The notes under the pieces were generated by a model. The model had not been told where the DNA came from, did no database searches, and worked only from the letters and a program-made list of their open reading frames with translations. A stretch of 20,930 bases of DNA from Promethearchaeota archaeon (GTDB taxonomy: Archaea > Asgardarchaeota > Lokiarchaeia > Sigyniarchaeales > SOKP01), in the NCBI GenBank assembly GCA_048938895.1, contig JBHLLU010000051.1, positions 1-20,930 on the forward strand, written 5' to 3'. The translations under genes and the position numbers were made by a program. This document shows positions 1 to 8,513 of this stretch, one piece after another. Positions within the stretch are counted from its first letter, which is position 1; each line of letters begins with the position of its first letter.

Positions 1-222
1 GAATATTTATCAGAAATTAAAGAAAAAGCAAAAATTCGGTTTGATAATCTGACTTCTGATGAATTAATTCAACCTGCAATTTTCGAATGGCATGGAAATA
101 GTGTTTTAAGTTCATTACTTTATAACCTTCGTCATCTAATGCTCCATATAGGCGCTCTTAACCTGAGGTTACATAGAAAAGGTGTGAAGTTAGATAATTG
201 GGTTAGTCATCAACGAATTTAG
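1..222 (+). CDS. DinB/YfiT-like family protein, C-terminal fragment (5' end lies outside the window)
   Basis: Frame 1 is open from base 1 to TAG at 220-222: EYLSEIKEKAKIRFDNLTSDEL...SLLYNLRHLMLHIGALNLRLHRKG...W. The C-terminal helix with HxxxH-x-G is typical of the DinB superfamily. Not in the ORF track. Confidence 0.7.
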   Translation, partial: EYLSEIKEKAKIRFDNLTSDELIQPAIFEWHGNSVLSSLLYNLRHLMLHIGALNLRLHRKGVKLDNWVSHQRI

Positions 223-249
223 GAGATTATTAAATATTTCTCCTAAATT
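216..249. repeat. 11-bp perfect inverted repeat (hairpin) spanning the DinB stop codon
   Basis: AATTTAGGAGA (216-226) / TCTCCTAAATT (239-249), 12-nt spacer. Confidence 0.75.
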
Positions 250-487
250 AATTTAAGCGGACCTCATGAACCGTAATTATATCTTCCTCTACTTTATCTC
301 TTTCTTATCTTTAAGTCATTAATATTATAAATATAACTAACCTAATATTAATTTAAAGAGGAATTACTCTTTTTTCGAAATTCTATTAAAGTTTCTCAAG
401 CAAAGAGAGTGGTTTATTATAAAGTCAAAAAAACAACCTCGTGAACCTAAGAATATAAAATTCCTTCCTTATAGTTTTGGGGAAACG

Positions 488-1996
488 GTGAAATGGATTG
501 GAAAACATATAATTATGGATTTCTATTATCCATTTATAGTCGTAATAATTTTCTTGTTTGTTACACCTGTGGTGGCTGCACTTTTCATTACAGTTTCTCC
601 CTATTGGTTTTATACTTTTTTAATTCTCTTTTGTTTTTTTGTTAGTCTTGTTATTCATCAGACATTTCAAATAAAGCAGCATAAGATTGAAAACATCGGA
701 ACTTTAAACGAAAATGGGTGGCGAGAATTTGAATTTGATAATCCAAACCCAAAGAGAGAGGTTAAATATAGAATTGGTTTCATAGGAGACATCATGAAAA
801 TGAATGGTTATGAACTAAAGTTTGAGAAAAGAATTCAAAAATTTTTTGGTGATGTCAATCTCATAATCGGCAATTTAGAAGGAATAATTTTAACTGAAAA
901 ATACTTAAATGATAATAATTTAACTGAAAAAGGCATCACTAAGAAAGGAGGTCTTGCTTCTCAAAAACATAAAGAAGCCATATTAAAACAATTAAAAGGA
1001 ATGGTATCAACGAATAACAAAACGGAGACAAAATGGCTCTTATGTGTGAGTAATAATCACAGCGCAGATTTTGGTGATGAGGTATTTAAATCTTCACGAG
1101 ATCATATTAATAAAGATAATGATTTTTATGCTTTTGGGGATTTAGATTTAAAACACTCTTCTTTTCCATGGGATGACTCCCAAGGTATGAAAGAACTTAA
1201 TATTGTGGCAGGAAGTATGTGGACTAATAAGAAGTGTGGAAATTTAATTACTCGTTTCAAAAGTGAGACCACCAATGATCTTTATAAACCCGAAAAATTT
1301 AATATTTACTTTCCTCATTGGCACTATGAAAATGAATCTTATGTTCGATCTAAACTTCAACGCAAATCCATATATTTCTTCCTTAAAGGTGAATATAAAG
1401 AAAGGAATTGGAATATAATTTACAACATATTAGAGATCTTTAAAACGAAAATAGATCGCGGATGGTTTCAAAGAAAAATGAAATTTTTATATAGAAACAA
1501 ACCAGATGAGAAACAAAAAATTAGGCAAAAATGGAATTTAATATTTGGACAACACTCTCATGTTCCACAGCCTATAAAAGATTATGGAGAGGGAATAATA
1601 TGTTATTCTGGGGGTAATTTCACCTCTTCAGAAAGGAGAAAGAAGCATATTAGCGGTCTAATTATGAAGTGTGAGATATGTAAATCAAATAATCCTGATA
1701 AAGTTGAACTAGGGAAAGTTCATTGGTGTTATACTCGAAATGAAAGAAAAAAGAAACAAAAAGAAGTTTCTGTAGTCATAGATTGTTTACGTACTAGGAA
1801 AAAATACTTTGAAAGGCGTTCTATTAAATTTAGGACAAGTTTAATTATTTTCAGTATAGCATTGGGAATTTGGCTTGGTATGTTTTGGGAGCTTGGTACG
1901 ATTAATCCTTTATATTGGTTAATATATTCGATATTAATTATAGCTCTAATCGTTTATTTTGGAGTAAAATATTCCAAATTTACATCAAAAATATGA
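488..1996 (+). CDS. CapA/PGA_cap-like metallophosphoesterase family membrane protein
   Basis: Motifs in the expected order: GDIM, NLEG, SNNHSADFG, HWHYE, GQHSHV, YSGGNF. Two hydrophobic helices at each terminus. Start is GTG 488 or the in-frame ATG 515. Confidence 0.85.
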   Translation: MKWIGKHIIMDFYYPFIVVIIFLFVTPVVAALFITVSPYWFYTFLILFCFFVSLVIHQTFQIKQHKIENIGTLNENGWREFEFDNPNPKREVKYRIGFIGDIMKMNGYELKFEKRIQKFFGDVNLIIGNLEGIILTEKYLNDNNLTEKGITKKGGLASQKHKEAILKQLKGMVSTNNKTETKWLLCVSNNHSADFGDEVFKSSRDHINKDNDFYAFGDLDLKHSSFPWDDSQGMKELNIVAGSMWTNKKCGNLITRFKSETTNDLYKPEKFNIYFPHWHYENESYVRSKLQRKSIYFFLKGEYKERNWNIIYNILEIFKTKIDRGWFQRKMKFLYRNKPDEKQKIRQKWNLIFGQHSHVPQPIKDYGEGIICYSGGNFTSSERRKKHISGLIMKCEICKSNNPDKVELGKVHWCYTRNERKKKQKEVSVVIDCLRTRKKYFERRSIKFRTSLIIFSIALGIWLGMFWELGTINPLYWLIYSILIIALIVYFGVKYSKFTSKI

Positions 1997-2131
1997 CTTC
2001 TATTAAGAAATAACAATGGCTTCTCTTGAAAATCTTATCTTGGAAGTACACATTCTAGAAACTCAAAAAAAAAAAGAGAAAAATTTTTGATTAATTGGAA
2101 AGCTTCTCGTCCCTCTAGAAAAAAACTAAGT

Positions 2132-2341
2132 CTAGAAGTATTTAATTGCTAGTAGGATATCGTCTCTAGTCACTTTCTTTCTTTTTGCATGTTTGGTTAA
2201 GGTTAATGCAGTTTTTGTAATTTTTTCAGCAGATTGACCCATCCAATCTACTAGTTCATCAACTGCATCACGTGCTACGATAATGGCCCCGTTGTGTTTC
2301 ATTAATCTTCGAATAGGACTCCAACTAATATATTCAGACAT
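2132..2341 (-). CDS. Archaeal histone (HMf/HMt-type histone fold), 69 aa, tail-less
   Basis: PIRRLMK...A..V..DA...L...AE.I...A...TKHAKRKKVTRDDI.LA histone-fold pattern. ATG 2341 is preferred over GTG 2356 because GGAGG lies just upstream of it. Confidence 0.93.
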   Translation of the reverse strand: MSEYISWSPIRRLMKHNGAIIVARDAVDELVDWMGQSAEKITKTALTLTKHAKRKKVTRDDILLAIKYF

Positions 2342-2435
2342 TTTATATTCCTCCACTTTTTTATAATTTATTGATAAGTTTTATTGATTTTTGTTATTAT
2401 TTCAGAGTTTATTATATAGATATTGATCTTTTAGA

Positions 2436-2443
2436 TATTTAAA
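2436..2443 (-). promoter_or_regulatory. Candidate TATA box for the histone gene
   Basis: The minus strand reads caaaatc-TTTAAATA about 95 nt upstream of the ATG. The AT-rich background makes this a weak call. Confidence 0.35.
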
Positions 2444-2853
2444 GATTTTGAAATGTGCTTGATTTATTTGAGAAAAAAATAACAAAAGTCTGACGACAAA
2501 ATTCGGAATTATAGAGATGATCAATCTCGTGCAAGTTTGATGGACAGTGCATTTTCGTTAAAATTTAATAAATTTTAATATAATTATTTACTCATATTCA
2601 CCCAAATAAAGTGATATGACGAAATTTTTAGTAAAATCAAAATTTAGATCAAATTCTGAAAAGATGAATTAGTGATTTTTATCACGATTAAGAGATCATA
2701 AAATTACAAAAAATGACTGTCTTTTTGATGAATACGCAAAATCCGTAATAGATAAAGATTACTAGGTAATTTAATTATAAGTTATTACATTTTAGAATTC
2801 AGTAAACAAAAAAAATGTCTTATTGGTCAATTTAATGGAATTTAATATCAGTT

Positions 2854-3840
2854 TTACCAAACTATCTGTTCATAATTACACTTATTGCATGAAATTTCTT
2901 CACCTTTATTAGGGAATCTAGAGAGAATGGCACCACAATACTTACATTCTAAATCATAAATTCGATCAGAAGAGGGAACAAGCTCTCTTCTGAGAATATG
3001 CTCTTTTAACTCGTTTGAAAGTGAAGTTAAAAGTGAGATGAGGAGATGATGGTTTTTTGAAGTAGCGATTATTTCTATTTTTTCTGATACTATTTGGCCA
3101 ATTACTAAAACATCGTCTCTTGATTCTAAATCCGCCCCAAAATACCAGAGAACTCTTCTATTTACATCTTTTGCTATCAGTTGTAGATGGTTTCTTAAAA
3201 AAACCTGTTCTAAAATATTGAAATATAGACCGGGTTCACTTAATCCTAAAACACCAACCCCTAAGCTTTTGATAGCCCTTTTCATACCGGGAATTTGAGA
3301 AAATTCTCTGATATAAGAGCTAGAAATTATTTTAGGTATAATAGTTATAATATCCAAGGATAATTTTATTGGATCAGAATTAATAGCTCTAACAAAATCT
3401 TTGTTATTAACATAGGTAAGAACAGTTCTTATTTCACCTTCCTCACCTAATGATACCGGGGTAAAATGTAAATTAATTTGTTTTGAACTCCGTTCGTTCA
3501 ATTCATCAAATTCAATATTGATTTTTGATAATCCATCTTCTTCAAAAGGTTCAGGTATATATATAGTTGGAGGATAGCTTCTAGTTATGCTAAAGAATAA
3601 GGGGAAACTAAGTTTTACTTTTACATCAGAGATTGGGGCTAAACTTTCATTTAGTAGTTGGATTGAAAGTACATAATGTCCTCCATAGGGGTAAAAATCG
3701 TTTAAAATTTTGATCCTATCTTCCTGATCAATTGTTTCAAATGTAAATTTATCAGCCTTAGTAATTTTCGCTGCACCCTTATTTCCAAAAATAACAAGAT
3801 CTTGGGTTGGTTTGGAATCCTTTTGTTTTTTTCCAGGCAT
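2854..3840 (-). CDS. Hypothetical protein: Ig-like beta-sandwich + alpha/beta platform (adaptin-appendage-like) + C-terminal Zn ribbon; paralogue of 4054-5043
   Basis: 328-aa ORF with a beta-strand-rich N-terminal half (YVLSIQLLNES...ISDVKVKLSFP) and C-terminal CKYC-x15-CNKC. Shares PKIIS..IRE.SQIPGMKR..SLG.G and Y.LEC..CG...FP..GE.I.C.KC..EQ..W with the neighbour. The fold assignment is inference. Confidence 0.8.
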   Translation of the reverse strand: MPGKKQKDSKPTQDLVIFGNKGAAKITKADKFTFETIDQEDRIKILNDFYPYGGHYVLSIQLLNESLAPISDVKVKLSFPLFFSITRSYPPTIYIPEPFEEDGLSKINIEFDELNERSSKQINLHFTPVSLGEEGEIRTVLTYVNNKDFVRAINSDPIKLSLDIITIIPKIISSSYIREFSQIPGMKRAIKSLGVGVLGLSEPGLYFNILEQVFLRNHLQLIAKDVNRRVLWYFGADLESRDDVLVIGQIVSEKIEIIATSKNHHLLISLLTSLSNELKEHILRRELVPSSDRIYDLECKYCGAILSRFPNKGEEISCNKCNYEQIVW

Positions 3841-4053
3841 TTTGATTGAAAGAAGATTAGACTAGGTGATTGAATTCCTATATTTGTGATAGATAATAAT
3901 ACGACAAATTGATTTATATTTTTTAATAATTTTATATATAATTTTCTATAAAGAGTTTTGGTCAAAAGAAGTACTCCAGTGGGATTTAAGCAGCGATTAT
4001 TTAAAACTAGAAGAAAATATGTTAAAGAGATAAATATTTTTTACATTATAATC

Positions 4054-5043
4054 TTACCAGATGAATTGTTCATGAGAACATTTAATGCATGTTATAGATT
4101 CACCTACTTTTGGAAAATATGGTAAACTTTCTCCACAATTATCACATTCCAATTCATAAATAATTGTGCTTGGCTTAATGAGTTTTTTTTTAAAAAGTAA
4201 TGTCCTAATCTTATTGTTTAATGAACAAAGAAATTGACATAGTATAATGAAATTTGTTGAATATGCTATTATCTCAATGGTATTTAAACCAATTTTACTG
4301 AGGGCTAATATATCATGGTTAGAGTTTGACTCAGAGCCATAAATCCAAGAAATTCCTTTCTCCTTATCTTTTGTGATAAATTGGAAATTATATGATACAA
4401 AAATCTCTTCAATGGTTTCAAATATTTTTTTTGAATTTAATTTTTTAGTTGTTCCAATTCCTAAGCTTATTAGAGTTCTCTTCATACCTGGTATTTGAGA
4501 AATTTCTCTTATTCGTAGATGAGATATTATTTTTGGCATTATTTTCAAATCCTCAATCTGGATCTTTATAGATTGAGATTTAATCTCGTTTTCTTTCCCA
4601 TTATGGTTATTATATTTTAAAATAGATACAAACTCCCCACTACCTAATTTTCCTGAGGATTTGAAATGAAAATAAAGCTTTTCTGAACTTTTACCCTTTA
4701 AAATTTTGAGTTCCAAATTTATAATATTTGATTTTTCTTGATTATCTTTACTTGAAGAGGTAATTTTTAATGTTTGAGGATAAGATTCTATGAATTCTAA
4801 GATAATTGGAGTAAAGAATGTAATGTTAAGATCAGAAATAGATTCAGACTTTTCGTTCCTTATGATTATTGAATACCTAAAGTACATTCCTTGAGGAGTT
4901 AAGCTATTTGTAACTGTTATTTTATCTTCTTTGTTCGTTTTACTGACTAAGTATTTGTCAGTTTTTATCTTACCCGGTCTTTCCGTATGTTTAAAAATTG
5001 TAAGACCTTGGATATCTGGTTGAGAGCTCCTTTTTTTAGCCAT
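4054..5043 (-). CDS. Hypothetical protein: adaptin-appendage-like + C-terminal Zn ribbon; paralogue of 2854-3840
   Basis: 329-aa ORF, collinear with 2854-3840 over its full length; CDNC-x15-CIKC and a terminal Trp. Confidence 0.8.
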   Translation of the reverse strand: MAKKRSSQPDIQGLTIFKHTERPGKIKTDKYLVSKTNKEDKITVTNSLTPQGMYFRYSIIIRNEKSESISDLNITFFTPIILEFIESYPQTLKITSSSKDNQEKSNIINLELKILKGKSSEKLYFHFKSSGKLGSGEFVSILKYNNHNGKENEIKSQSIKIQIEDLKIMPKIISHLRIREISQIPGMKRTLISLGIGTTKKLNSKKIFETIEEIFVSYNFQFITKDKEKGISWIYGSESNSNHDILALSKIGLNTIEIIAYSTNFIILCQFLCSLNNKIRTLLFKKKLIKPSTIIYELECDNCGESLPYFPKVGESITCIKCSHEQFIW

Positions 5044-5160
5044 TTTTAAATAAGATATATTAAATCATATATTTAAATTAAGACATATGAATAGAATCAG
5101 TATAAAAATTTATTGCGAATTTTTTGAATTAATTTTTTTACAAGAATTACTTATTAAATA

Positions 5161-5844
5161 TTGAAAATTGTAATGTTTGAAGAATTAGATTCACTATTGG
5201 ATTCCCCAACAATAAGACCAACCTTTGAAAAGGTTCATATAATTTTAGCTTTATTTATATTTGCAGAAAATGAAGATGGAATTGGTAGATATAGACTTCA
5301 AAAGGAATTATTGATTGGTGAAGGAACTGCTAAATCTTTAATTAAAAAACTAAATGATGATGTCAGTTTCATAATGGTATCTAATGAAATGAAACGAAGG
5401 GGGCATATCTTAACAGAAAAAGGTCAAGAATATTTAAATAAAATCATAAAATATATCCCCATTATTAAAAAATGTGAATCTTCACTTCTTAAGGAAATTA
5501 TTATTGATGCTGAAGGGAGTTATACCTACTTTGCTCTGATAAGAAATGGTTTTCATAAGATTACGAATGGGTTAAACCAAAGAGATGCAGCTATTAAAGT
5601 TAATGGTTCTGGAGCAACCTGTTTAGTATACAATGGTAAAGATTTAATTTTTCCATCCAAAAACCAAAACATGAATATCAGCAAAAATATGATTATCAAT
5701 AAGAATCTCTATAAGTATTTTGAATCAAGATTATCAAAGGAGCATATTCAATTAGATAAGAATGATGTAATTGCTATTGGTTCAGGAGATAGCCCTCAAA
5801 AAGCAAGGATCGCAACTTTAAATGCTGCGTTAACCCTTATATAA
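5161..5844 (+). CDS. DUF4443/DUF2111-like archaeal protein with N-terminal winged HTH
   Basis: GIGRYRLQKELLIGEGTAKSLIKKL...GHILTEKG (CggR-like wHTH) followed by GLNQRDAAIKVNGSGATCL. The true start may be ATG 5173. Confidence 0.75.
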   Translation: MKIVMFEELDSLLDSPTIRPTFEKVHIILALFIFAENEDGIGRYRLQKELLIGEGTAKSLIKKLNDDVSFIMVSNEMKRRGHILTEKGQEYLNKIIKYIPIIKKCESSLLKEIIIDAEGSYTYFALIRNGFHKITNGLNQRDAAIKVNGSGATCLVYNGKDLIFPSKNQNMNISKNMIINKNLYKYFESRLSKEHIQLDKNDVIAIGSGDSPQKARIATLNAALTLI

Positions 5845-5864
5845 TTATTTAACTAAAAAAGATC

Positions 5865-6356
5865 ATGAAATTTGAAAAAGATATAAATCTAATTTTGACT
5901 CACAGTATTGTTGCTGATTTACGAGAGTGTAATAGAAGGGCTTCCCCAATTGAAGCCTGTGGACTTATATTTGGTGATGTAAAGAAAATTGAAAAAAATA
6001 AGGAGGAGTACCAAATACATTATGTAGCTAGAGCATTCTATTGTTTAAAATCGAATATCGAATCATATGGTTCTTTTGCTTTAATTGAGGATTCTGAAAA
6101 ATATTTTGAAATCCATCAAGACGCAGTGATTAATAAAGGTTTAAGAATGATAAGTATCTTTCACTCTCATCCCGTCATCGCATATCCAAGTTCAATCGAT
6201 GAAAATAATATGAAATATCTTGATAAAAATATCGGTAATCTAAGAAACCCCTTTAAAAATCAGATTTGGACTATAATGGATATGAATACTGAAGAACTCA
6301 ATAGTTTTATATATTTTAATGATGAGCTATTACAAATTGAATTGCAAATAAGGTAG
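5865..6356 (+). CDS. JAB1/MPN/Mov34 (JAMM/MPN+) metalloprotease
   Basis: N-terminal EACGLIFG catalytic Glu and FHSHPVIAYPSSID Zn-binding motif. Confidence 0.9.
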   Translation: MKFEKDINLILTHSIVADLRECNRRASPIEACGLIFGDVKKIEKNKEEYQIHYVARAFYCLKSNIESYGSFALIEDSEKYFEIHQDAVINKGLRMISIFHSHPVIAYPSSIDENNMKYLDKNIGNLRNPFKNQIWTIMDMNTEELNSFIYFNDELLQIELQIR

Positions 6357-6375
6357 AATTAATTATAAAAATAGA

Positions 6376-7017
6376 CTATTCAAGCTGTTTAAAACCAGAT
6401 TTATCAATTTGGCAAATTTGCAAAGCAAATCCTGATCCTGCATCTCTTTCTCGTGAACTTGTAATCGCTGTTTTTATTAAATCTATTCCTTCAGTTTTTG
6501 TCATGTCTGGTCTCCAGTCTGCTTCTAAAACACCTAATGAGAAGGGTGATCCCGAGCCATAGGAGAGGAATTCAGTTTCATCAAATAGGGTTCCTAATAA
6601 ATCAATCCCAAAAAGCTTACCAGATTGCTCTTTTTCTGAATAACCACCTATGATCATCATGGAAAGGAAAAAAGATCGCCCAGAAAAAAGAATATTTCGA
6701 CATAGGCTAGCAATATATTTTGGTTCAGGGACACTGCCCTCTTCGACTTCTTTTAAACGGGATAATGCTCGTAGCTGACTAACAATGTACTGACAATCCG
6801 CCACACCACCACTGATTGTCGCCGCTGTGAATGTATTAATCTCAAATAATTTTTGAGCTTGCTTTGATGCAACAAAAGTACCCCCTGTTGCTTGTGATTC
6901 TGTTCCAATCACAACAGCATCTTTTACAATTATACCTACAGTTGTTGTTCCGGTTAATAGAGCCTTTTCAAGTGCTTTTTCATCGTATTTATGCTTATTC
7001 ATATTTTCTTTCATCAT
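6376..7017 (-). CDS. psmB: 20S proteasome beta subunit with propeptide
   Basis: G|TTTVG autocleavage site. Thr1, Glu17 and Lys33 are in register; GSG and RDAGSG motifs are present. Confidence 0.96.
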   Translation of the reverse strand: MMKENMNKHKYDEKALEKALLTGTTTVGIIVKDAVVIGTESQATGGTFVASKQAQKLFEINTFTAATISGGVADCQYIVSQLRALSRLKEVEEGSVPEPKYIASLCRNILFSGRSFFLSMMIIGGYSEKEQSGKLFGIDLLGTLFDETEFLSYGSGSPFSLGVLEADWRPDMTKTEGIDLIKTAITSSRERDAGSGFALQICQIDKSGFKQLE

Positions 7018-7198
7018 ATCAATTCACGTATTTTCCCAATAATCAATATGTAATGTTTGATATATTATGTTAAATAAAAATTATTTCTATATTTATTTTT
7101 GCTTAATAAAACATAATTTAGTTCAATTTTTAAAAAAATTTTAAAGATATGGTTCTTTAACAATATTAATCAGTATTAACCTTTTTGGTTACAATCTC

Positions 7199-7576
7199 AT
7201 GGCAAGGTCTCACGCGAGGAGCAGACGTAAATATACAGGAAAGAAATATAAACACTTTAGAAAAAAAAGGAAAAGGGAATTAGCACGACCTACAATTGAC
7301 ACTGAAATCGGAGATTATAGAGTCAAAAAACAGCGTGTTTTAGGAGGAAATTATAAACTAAAATTATTTTCCTCAATGAGTATAAATGTAACAGATCCAA
7401 ACACAAATAAAACGTCTAAGGTTAGGATTTTAGGATTCGAAAGTAATACTGCCTCAAAAGATTTGAATAGAAGACATATTTTAACTAAAGGAGCCATTGT
7501 TGAGACGGAGTTAGGTAATGCTAAAATTACTTCACGTCCGGGACAACATGGGACATTAAATGGAGTTTTAGTTTAG
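7199..7576 (+). CDS. rps8e: 30S ribosomal protein eS8 (S8e)
   Basis: SRRKYTG..Y...RKKRKREL.R, RVLGGN.K, ILTKGAIVETELG.A.ITSRPGQHG..NGVL signature. Confidence 0.97.
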   Translation: MARSHARSRRKYTGKKYKHFRKKRKRELARPTIDTEIGDYRVKKQRVLGGNYKLKLFSSMSINVTDPNTNKTSKVRILGFESNTASKDLNRRHILTKGAIVETELGNAKITSRPGQHGTLNGVLV

Positions 7577-7677
7577 AAAAAGATTTTTTCCTTCTTATTT
7601 CATTGAAATATGCTCTAATGGAAGTTCCCCCTCGCAGAGTATATTAATATTTTGCCTAATTTTAAACTTTATATTAG

Positions 7678-8049
7678 TTACTCTTGGATTTTAATGTTCT
7701 TAACGTTAGCTTTTTTTCCTTCAATTATTTCAGTATTATTACTCCCGCAATGAGAGCATTGAAATAATTGCAGTCCAGTTAATTGTGCTTCTTTAGTTAT
7801 GGAAACCTCAGAGTTTTTGTTACAGTCTCTACATTTTATTATTCCTGGTGTCATTTTAATAGTTAATTTAGCACCCTCAGCAATTGAGTCTCTTGTAGCC
7901 ATATCAAAAGATCTTTGGAGCAATTCTGGCACAATAAGAGTTAATTCTCCAATTTCAAGAAGAACTTCAGTTATTTTCTTTGCATTATGTTTTAACGCAG
8001 TTGCTTCGGCAACCTTAAAAATACTCATCGCAAATGAGAATTCGTGCAT
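7678..8049 (-). CDS. hypA: Hydrogenase maturation nickel metallochaperone HypA
   Basis: N-terminal MHE Ni motif, EIGELT, CRDC and CSHC Zn sites, EIIEGK. Confidence 0.95.
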   Translation of the reverse strand: MHEFSFAMSIFKVAEATALKHNAKKITEVLLEIGELTLIVPELLQRSFDMATRDSIAEGAKLTIKMTPGIIKCRDCNKNSEVSITKEAQLTGLQLFQCSHCGSNNTEIIEGKKANVKNIKIQE

Positions 8050-8059
8050 TATTATTCGG

Positions 8060-8356
8060 TTATTTTTTTAATTGGATTTTTTTCATTTCTTTAGCAACTT
8101 CAAGCATGACTTTGGATTTCTTTTTTCCTTTGGTATCTATTACAACTCTTCCAGGATCATCCCACCAAGTCCTAGAATATTTATAATGTTGTTCAATTTC
8201 AGCATGATATCCCAAATTGCTTGCTGCTTTAGCAATATCGTTCAGAGAAACTCTTTCTATAGCAAATTTAATAGGTAGACGTCTACCTTTTGAACGACTT
8301 CTCTTTGCATCGAAATATTGAGGCCAAAATATCAGAAAAGGCTTTCGAGATCTCAT
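8060..8356 (-). CDS. srp19: Signal recognition particle protein SRP19
   Basis: IFWPQYFDAKRSRSKGRRLP, KYSR.WW..PGRVVI, KKSKVM.EVA motifs. Confidence 0.95.
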   Translation of the reverse strand: MRSRKPFLIFWPQYFDAKRSRSKGRRLPIKFAIERVSLNDIAKAASNLGYHAEIEQHYKYSRTWWDDPGRVVIDTKGKKKSKVMLEVAKEMKKIQLKK

Positions 8357-8513
8357 AAAATGTAATTGATTGAGTTTTATAGAAAAAATGATAAGAATAA
8401 AAACTCTTTAACCAATATAAAAATTATTGGTTTAAATTATAGAACTCGTTATAAACAAACTTTTAATTAGAAGGAGATATATTTCTTATCGTAAAACAAA
8501 TGAGGAAATCTAA

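Noticed and set aside
318-352. 10-bp inverted repeat ATTAATATTA/TAATATTAAT
   Set aside because: A/T only in a very AT-rich spacer, so likely chance.
3702-3965. 87-aa minus-strand ORF
   Set aside because: Overlaps the start of the well-supported 2854-3840 gene in another frame; TTG start and no motifs.
3974-3984. CTCCAGTGGGA resembling an ORB (origin recognition box)
   Set aside because: Single imperfect match with no G-string, no partner ORB and no orc1/cdc6 gene in the window.
6864-8278. Plus-strand ORFs 6864-7073, 7799-8071 and 8072-8278
   Set aside because: Antisense shadows of psmB, hypA and srp19.
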